64,000 bases of DNA from an uncultured virus (IMG/VR IMGVR_UViG_3300030109_002855) (Duplodnaviria > Heunggongvirae > Uroviricota > Caudoviricetes). The notes beneath the pieces were generated by a model that had not been told where the DNA came from, made no database searches, and saw nothing but the letters and a program-made list of their open reading frames with translations. The position numbers and the translations under genes are program-made. Of this stretch, positions 57,600 through 64,000 are shown one piece after another. The stretch covers positions 1 through 64,000 of the IMG/VR virus record IMGVR_UViG_3300030109_002855; one strand, given 5' to 3'. Numbering within the stretch: the stretch's first letter is position 1; every line of letters starts with the position of its first letter.

Positions 57600-58172
57600 T
57601 TATTGGGGTTGGGGTATAGATTCCCAATTACCCATTGTTGTAACATAATCTCCATATTTTTCATACATTAAGTCTTTGTATTGTCTTATGTTCATTGGGT
57701 TATCTACTAACCAAGTATCAAACCAACCATAATCCCAATGACTATCTTCGGGTATTTCCCACGTTTCTATATCTGCTGTAATTAAAGTAAAGGTTTCATC
57801 TTTAGCACAATGTTCCCAAACTAAATCTATTACATCTTGACTGTTTTCTATTATAGTTACAGATGTTACATTAGGATTATCAATTAATTTTTGATGCACC
57901 ATTCCTATACCTAATCCACCTATCAATACATCTCCTGTTGCATTATCCCAAAGTTGTTGGTGTTCTCTATATTCAGCGTAAGAATCTTGCATTATAGGCC
58001 AAGGGCAACTTTCTTTGGTTAATACGGTATATTCTTCTGCGGTTTCATTCTTCATCATCAAATATCTTTCCCAATTATAATCAGTAGTTTGACCGTTAAA
58101 ATGTCTAATCGCAAAGTCTCCCGAAGTTCCTTCCGGTATTATTACACGTTGTCTTGTTGCCATATTAATCAC
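57600..58172 (-). CDS. Class I SAM-dependent methyltransferase-like protein
   Basis: VLIGGLGIG, VTIIE, ADI and WFDTW motifs. Confidence 0.8.
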   Translation of the reverse strand: MINMATRQRVIIPEGTSGDFAIRHFNGQTTDYNWERYLMMKNETAEEYTVLTKESCPWPIMQDSYAEYREHQQLWDNATGDVLIGGLGIGMVHQKLIDNPNVTSVTIIENSQDVIDLVWEHCAKDETFTLITADIETWEIPEDSHWDYGWFDTWLVDNPMNIRQYKDLMYEKYGDYVTTMGNWESIPQPQ

Positions 58173-58750
58173 TATTGGTTAACAAAATCAAACACCATAC
58201 TAAGGCTATTTGCTGCTGTACTACCTGCTGAATTAGTAGCAGTACCCGCTAATCCTATTATTATTTCATCACCTGCTGATGGATAGGTTACACCACCTCT
58301 ACCACCACCAAAGGATATAACTAAATCTCTATTAAGACTACCTGAATCTAATCTTGCGTTTTGGTCGGTTGTTATTGTTCCTGTTAATGCTGCACTTGAG
58401 CCTGTTAAAGATTGAGATACAATTGATAATTGCCATGAAAATGATGTAGCGCCTGTGGCTCTAAGATACGCGCCAAACTCGGTAGTATAACCACTATCAC
58501 ATCCTTCAAAATGAGCAGCGTAGCCATCTACAATTACGCTAACTGTAACTCTATCATTTACACCATCACTATTAGTATCGGTAGTAAATGCACCATCAAA
58601 AGTACCTTCTGTAAAACTGCAATTATTTACATTTGAAACAAAAGCATTGTTATGATTTCCACTTGAAGTTGTAGCAATAGAAACACCTGTTGGTGCTGAA
58701 CCTGCTTGTGCTGCTTGTGCAACAACTCCAACTACACCAATAAAACTCAT
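58172..58750 (-). CDS. Beta-rich tail-associated protein
   Basis: G/S/T-rich ORF directly after the fibre gene; start MSFIGV. Confidence 0.65.
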   Translation of the reverse strand: MSFIGVVGVVAQAAQAGSAPTGVSIATTSSGNHNNAFVSNVNNCSFTEGTFDGAFTTDTNSDGVNDRVTVSVIVDGYAAHFEGCDSGYTTEFGAYLRATGATSFSWQLSIVSQSLTGSSAALTGTITTDQNARLDSGSLNRDLVISFGGGRGGVTYPSAGDEIIIGLAGTATNSAGSTAANSLSMVFDFVNQ

Positions 58751-58755
58751 TTGAA

Positions 58756-61700
58756 TTAACCTACCTGAATCCAAGTATTAGCAGTAACACAAACAAACGA
58801 GGCTAATTCGTGGTCTGATATTGCTGTTGTTGCGTTCGTTGCACTTGTAAAACCTGCCACCATAGAACAGTTACTACCATTAACTGCAACAGTAGCAGAA
58901 CCACCTGTATTATTAATTACAGTATATTGAGTTCCTACTGTACCGCTTGCAGGTAAAGTTAGTGTACCTGCTGTCCAATAAATGTAAGCACCTGTTTGTG
59001 CTAGTGTTAATGTTGTATTACCTGATACTGCTACAACTTCTGCTTTAGAATTAATACCACCGGATGAATTACCTGTAATCCAAGTAACTCCACCATCACC
59101 GGAACTTATTGATAATTGGTCGTCTCCTGTTGCACTTGAAACATCTGCTGCACCAATTACTACGTTGTTATCTCCGGTAGTAATATTATCACCTGCCGAA
59201 TACCCCAAAAATATATTATCTGAACCTGTGGTTACTGCAATACCTGAATATCCACCGACAGATGTATTTTTATCTCCTGTTTCAATTACTTTTAATGCCG
59301 CATTTCCTATTGCCGTGTTTCTTTCTGCTGTTTTATCACCATAAGTTATCATGGCTTCTGCGCCTATTGCTACATTGTAATTTGATAAGTTATTGCGACC
59401 TGCATAATAACCAATATAAGTTGATTCCACACTTGTAGAAGATTTACCTGCTTCAAAACCAACCATAGTGTTGCTTGCTTGGGTTGTTAATGCCGAACCC
59501 GCATAATGCCCAATTGCTACGTTATTATCAGCAGTAGTCAAAGCATCAAGTGTGTAATTTCCAATTGCTACGTTATATTCTCCACCATTAACAGCACCAC
59601 CTAAAGAATCATAACCAATTGCTATGTTATCACTATCGTTAGAAGCACTATCCATTGCTTGATAACCAATAGCAATATTTCTTGCACCTGTTCCAATATT
59701 GTACCCTGCGTCTTTTCCAATGGCTATATTTCCTGAACCCGAAGTTAAGTTATATCCGGCAGAAGAACCTATACCAATAGTATAATCTGCCGTAGTGTTA
59801 AACAATGCGTTTCTCCCAACTGCTACTACTTTTTCAGCATTCAAAGCATTACTATCAAAATAACTTCCAATAATTACTGAATACCCTTTATTACTTGCCA
59901 ATGCGTGACCCGCATAAGCACCAACAGCCACGCTACCGTAATTACTGTTAATTAATAGGGCATCTTTTCCAATAGCGGTATTGTCTTGACCGCCCGTTGC
60001 ACCACTTAATGCTTGATGACCTAATGCAGTATTTCTATCACCCGAAGTTAATGCGTCTAATGCCCCTATTCCTACACCTGTATTATGACTTGCACTACTT
60101 AATGTTCCATGAGTTTGATGACCTATTAACAAAGAGCCTGTAAAATCAGTCCCTCCCGATTTAGCATCCGATAAACCGTCTAAGTCAGAAGCACCGCCAC
60201 TTGAAGCAGCAGCCCATGTTAAACCGCCTGTATTACCCGATTGTGCAGTTAAGACATAACCATTAGTAGGTGCATTTGAAACTTGTAATTTTGCTTCATT
60301 AATTGCTTGGTCTGCTATGTAAGCCTGTGCAATAGCAGTACCTTGCCATGTTCCTGTTCCTATTGTTCCTAATGTTGTAAGGCTTGTACTACCTGCTATA
60401 ACACCATATTTATCATTAATTGCAGCAGAAGTCATAATATGTGCATCATCATCAGTAAACTCTCCTGAATCATCAACACCTGTAATTGTATTACCATCTA
60501 AAACAAACCCTGCTAAAGTTGCATTCTCATTAAATGTCTTTGCTCCTGTAAAGGTTTGAGTAGTTGATAGATGAGCAGTATCCGAATCTAAATAAGCAGA
60601 TGCAATAACACTTCCATTCCATGTTCCTGTTCCAATAGTGCCTAGTGTAGTAATACTTGTAGTACCTGCTGCTGCTATTGCAGTACCACCAATAGTAATA
60701 GCATCTGCTTCTAATGTACCATCAATATCTGCATCACCGGATATATCAAGACTTGTTGCTTCTATTTCTCCTGATGTTTTAAATGTAACACCATCTGCAT
60801 TACCCACTCTAAATATAATTTGGTCATCAGTACTAAACTTAATTTGATTATGTGCATCTCTACCAACTACTAAACTTGCATTCAATACAGAAGTAATTCC
60901 TGTTTGTGCTGCTGTTACTGCAATATCATCAGCATTAGCAGTTATACCCGTTCCTCCTACAACATCTAATGTTGGGTTAACTGTATTTGTGCCGCTTTGA
61001 GTCATACCGTCTCCGGCTGTAACAGAAGTGACAGTTCCACTTCCACCACCTAAAGTAACCCATGCTCCATCACCTCTCAAGAACTTAGCAGCATCACCTG
61101 TACCTGCATAAGGTACTAATCCACCTGCTAAATCAGTAGCATTACTAGAATCAGCACCTTCAAACTGTTTAACTTCTAATGTTCTTGAGCCACCTAATGT
61201 AATTTGTTTTGCATATTCAACTTTAAGACTCGCATTTGCATTATGAGTTGCAGCACTTGTTCCTTTATGGCCTCTAACTAACCCTGTTAAAGTTTGACTT
61301 GTTTTACCAGTGTATTTTATTTTCTCACTGCCAATCTCAACAACCCCTGAAGTTGGGAAAGTATCTGCTTGCGCTTGAGTGTTTAAAGTAAGAGCAGTTG
61401 CAGAAGAACCTAATTCAACCGATAAAGTACCTGCACCGACTTGTGCATTAGCAATAGCAAACCCACTAACCTTAGCACCTGTTACAGCATCATCAGCAAT
61501 CTTTGCTTCTACAACTGCATTAGCATTTATTTGGTCTGATTCAACTGCATTATCGGCTAATTCTGTTGTATCAATAGCATTAGTACCTACTTTAGCATTA
61601 GTAACTGCATCATCTGCTAATCTTGCAGTTGAAATAGCACCTGTTCCTATTCTTGATGCAGGTATAGTACCTGTTGTTAATTTAGTAGCAGAAATACCAC

Positions 61701-64000
61701 TAGCAATATAATCATTACCAATTGCAGTACCATTCCAAACACCAGTTGTAATTGTACCAACTGTTGCTAAATTAGCAGCACTTGTTATTGATGCTTGAGT
61801 ACCACCTGTAACAGTTGCAGCAGTACCACTAACATTACCTGTAACATCTCCTGTTAAACTACCTGTAATTGTTGCTGCCTTTAAATTAGCATAACCCGCT
61901 ATTGTTACATTACCTGCTGTTGTACCTGTATCTGTTGTTGTAATAGCCGACCAAGTATCTGCTGATTCATCCCAAATAAAACCAACATTGGTTGAAGAAC
62001 CCCTTTCTCCTATTATTCCTATATCAACAGATGGTGTTCCCGATTGTCCATTAGCCAAATATACTAATGGGTCTTCTACACTTAATGTTGCAGTATTTAC
62101 AGTTACAGTATCTCCACTTACAAGCAAATCACCTGTTACAGTTAAATCACCTGCCATAGTTACAGTTACATCAGTAGCATCACCAATTGTAACATTTTCA
62201 GTAATTTGAGGTAATCTTGCAGTTAAATTTGATACATTAACATCTACATCAGTATTTGTTATTGCACCTGATGCTGCACCTAAATAGCCCCATTGTGTTG
62301 CTGAAATTGTTGTAGAACCAATATTTTCTAATTGCTCTCCTTCTGCTGCTGTCAAATTAGAAAGTTCAGTTACTTGAGATATAGCAATTGTTTTATTTGA
62401 AAGAATATCTGAACTAGATGCAGTAATAAAACTAGCACCATTAGTTAATTGATTATTATTAGTTGGTATTGTTGTTGAGTTAAAAGCATTAGAGCCGAAT
62501 ATCTCAGATGATAGTTTTCTCTTTTGAGTTCCATTATCAAGAACAATAAATTCATCTTCACCTGTTACCCAAGATTGGTCCATATCTGCAAGGTCTCCTA
62601 AAGCAAGAGATAAATTACCCGAACCTGTAACTGTTCCACTTAACCCTGTATTAGTTCCTACGGATGTAACTGTTCCTGTATTTGTAGTATAATTATAACC
62701 TAGAATCTTATCTTGAATAGCGGCAGAAGTCATTAAATGATTATCTGAATCTACAAACTCGGTTGATATGTCTATATCATCAACCGCATGACCTCCTAAT
62801 GTAATAGAACCTGCTGTTGTAAAACCCGCAGCAGTTATTGTACCTGTTGTTGTATCGTTAGCGTTATTGACTAAGAAAGCATCATCCACATTGAAAGTAG
62901 TACCACTTAATGAGATGTTAGTACCTGCTGAGTAAGTAGTATCCGTGTTAGTATCTGTTGATGCGATTGTTACTGCACCCGCACTTTCAGTAATTGTAAC
63001 ATTAGAACCTGCTGTAAAGGCAAGAGTTTCAGATGAACCAAGAGTGTTGCCACCTGCGGTTATGGTTCTAAATGTGTTAGTATCAGCAGATGCTATTGTA
63101 ATTGTATCGCTTGCTGCGGTTGTAGTAATAGTTACATTAGAACCTGCTGCAAAGGTTAGAGTATCTGTTGTTGTATCTGCAACTACATTATCTTGACCAC
63201 TTACTGAAATTGTCTTAAATGAAAATTCATTTGCTTCACCACTTGAACCTGTTTGAACATATCTTCCATCTAAATCTACGGTTACTGTACTAGTATCACT
63301 ACCTGCTCTTGTTAAAGTCAATACTCCTGTACCTGTGTTAAATGCAGCAGAATTAACATACCTATCAGTATCAGTATAATTATTTGCATGAATTACTTTA
63401 GAAGCACTTGTTTGGTCGCTAGCCCAATCTATTATTTCATCGTCAGCGATTCCTAAATCACTTCTTACTTGTGCAGCAGTTCTACCTTCAATTTCTGTGC
63501 CATCAACTCTTAAGAAATCATTGTCTGCTAAAGCATCATTAGCCACTAATACATTTCCATCTGATATTCCTGATGTTAATCCTTTTACAAATGCAAGATT
63601 AGTTACTTCTGAATCCATCAATGCACCTGCTGCTGTAACATTTGCTGTGTCTGTAACATCAGCACTACTTTCAACAGAATCTAATTTGGTTTCTTGAGCA
63701 TCTGTCATTAGTCTTTTATTAGTTGCATCTGTAAAATTAGTAGTTGTAAATGTAGGTGTTGCCCCACTAATAACAGATTGGTCTAATGCTTTAACATGAG
63801 CAATTGCTGTTAATTCGCTGTCCATTAATGCACCTGCTGCTGTTACACTACTTGCATTAATTGTATTTGCAGTAGCATTCGCTTCTCCGGCAGGGAAACC
63901 TATTGACTCCCATTCTCCTGATGTAACTTGGTCAGCAGTTGCAGAAGCCGCAATATACATTCTATTGCTATCATCAGAATCAAACCATAAATCACCAACA
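58756..64000 (-). CDS. Large tail fibre/adhesin, 5' end beyond the window
   Basis: More than 1734 aa, T/G/A/S-rich; ~14 aa NxAIGxxA repeats, AVTxAKIADD repeats, TLGTIGTGTW repeats. Confidence 0.85.
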   Translation of the reverse strand, partial: VGDLWFDSDDSNRMYIAASATADQVTSGEWESIGFPAGEANATANTINASSVTAAGALMDSELTAIAHVKALDQSVISGATPTFTTTNFTDATNKRLMTDAQETKLDSVESSADVTDTANVTAAGALMDSEVTNLAFVKGLTSGISDGNVLVANDALADNDFLRVDGTEIEGRTAAQVRSDLGIADDEIIDWASDQTSASKVIHANNYTDTDRYVNSAAFNTGTGVLTLTRAGSDTSTVTVDLDGRYVQTGSSGEANEFSFKTISVSGQDNVVADTTTDTLTFAAGSNVTITTTAASDTITIASADTNTFRTITAGGNTLGSSETLAFTAGSNVTITESAGAVTIASTDTNTDTTYSAGTNISLSGTTFNVDDAFLVNNANDTTTGTITAAGFTTAGSITLGGHAVDDIDISTEFVDSDNHLMTSAAIQDKILGYNYTTNTGTVTSVGTNTGLSGTVTGSGNLSLALGDLADMDQSWVTGEDEFIVLDNGTQKRKLSSEIFGSNAFNSTTIPTNNNQLTNGASFITASSSDILSNKTIAISQVTELSNLTAAEGEQLENIGSTTISATQWGYLGAASGAITNTDVDVNVSNLTARLPQITENVTIGDATDVTVTMAGDLTVTGDLLVSGDTVTVNTATLSVEDPLVYLANGQSGTPSVDIGIIGERGSSTNVGFIWDESADTWSAITTTDTGTTAGNVTIAGYANLKAATITGSLTGDVTGNVSGTAATVTGGTQASITSAANLATVGTITTGVWNGTAIGNDYIASGISATKLTTGTIPASRIGTGAISTARLADDAVTNAKVGTNAIDTTELADNAVESDQINANAVVEAKIADDAVTGAKVSGFAIANAQVGAGTLSVELGSSATALTLNTQAQADTFPTSGVVEIGSEKIKYTGKTSQTLTGLVRGHKGTSAATHNANASLKVEYAKQITLGGSRTLEVKQFEGADSSNATDLAGGLVPYAGTGDAAKFLRGDGAWVTLGGGSGTVTSVTAGDGMTQSGTNTVNPTLDVVGGTGITANADDIAVTAAQTGITSVLNASLVVGRDAHNQIKFSTDDQIIFRVGNADGVTFKTSGEIEATSLDISGDADIDGTLEADAITIGGTAIAAAGTTSITTLGTIGTGTWNGSVIASAYLDSDTAHLSTTQTFTGAKTFNENATLAGFVLDGNTITGVDDSGEFTDDDAHIMTSAAINDKYGVIAGSTSLTTLGTIGTGTWQGTAIAQAYIADQAINEAKLQVSNAPTNGYVLTAQSGNTGGLTWAAASSGGASDLDGLSDAKSGGTDFTGSLLIGHQTHGTLSSASHNTGVGIGALDALTSGDRNTALGHQALSGATGGQDNTAIGKDALLINSNYGSVAVGAYAGHALASNKGYSVIIGSYFDSNALNAEKVVAVGRNALFNTTADYTIGIGSSAGYNLTSGSGNIAIGKDAGYNIGTGARNIAIGYQAMDSASNDSDNIAIGYDSLGGAVNGGEYNVAIGNYTLDALTTADNNVAIGHYAGSALTTQASNTMVGFEAGKSSTSVESTYIGYYAGRNNLSNYNVAIGAEAMITYGDKTAERNTAIGNAALKVIETGDKNTSVGGYSGIAVTTGSDNIFLGYSAGDNITTGDNNVVIGAADVSSATGDDQLSISSGDGGVTWITGNSSGGINSKAEVVAVSGNTTLTLAQTGAYIYWTAGTLTLPASGTVGTQYTVINNTGGSATVAVNGSNCSMVAGFTSATNATTAISDHELASFVCVTANTWIQVG

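Noticed and set aside
537..63697. Many short ORF-track entries antisense to or nested in long genes (e.g. 537-752, 9806-10120, 44069-44473, 61379-61711)
   Set aside because: Shadow frames of real genes; no RBS and no recognisable motifs

Overview
AT-rich fragment of a tailed (Caudoviricetes) archaeal virus genome, most consistent with a Magrovirus of Marine Group II (Poseidoniales). This assignment is inferred from the archaeal-type replisome, TFB, GGTGA/GAGG ribosome-binding sites and a split PolB with a YGHTDS motif. There are three blocks. (1) 1-23.8 kb, minus strand: portal, terminase subunits, a LAGLIDADG-domain protein, and many putative virion proteins sharing a short W-x-x-[IVT]-[LI]-K tag, including five tandem hypervariable paralogs. 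(2) 24-57 kb, plus strand: class II RNR, TFB, ligase, RFC, SSB, PCNA, split PolB, Cas4-like nuclease, primase, ERCC4 nuclease, helicase, two histone-fold proteins, and what looks like a viral ubiquitin-like conjugation system (Ubl with masked GG, ThiF/E1, JAB protease, E2-like candidate). (3) 57-64 kb, minus strand: tail-fibre region. The 20.3-26.6 kb switch region holds two long structured ncRNA candidates, a repeated ACCATATGGT operator, divergent paralogs whose mRNA ends base-pair, and an ORB-like origin candidate. All calls come from reading motifs by eye; no database searches were run.
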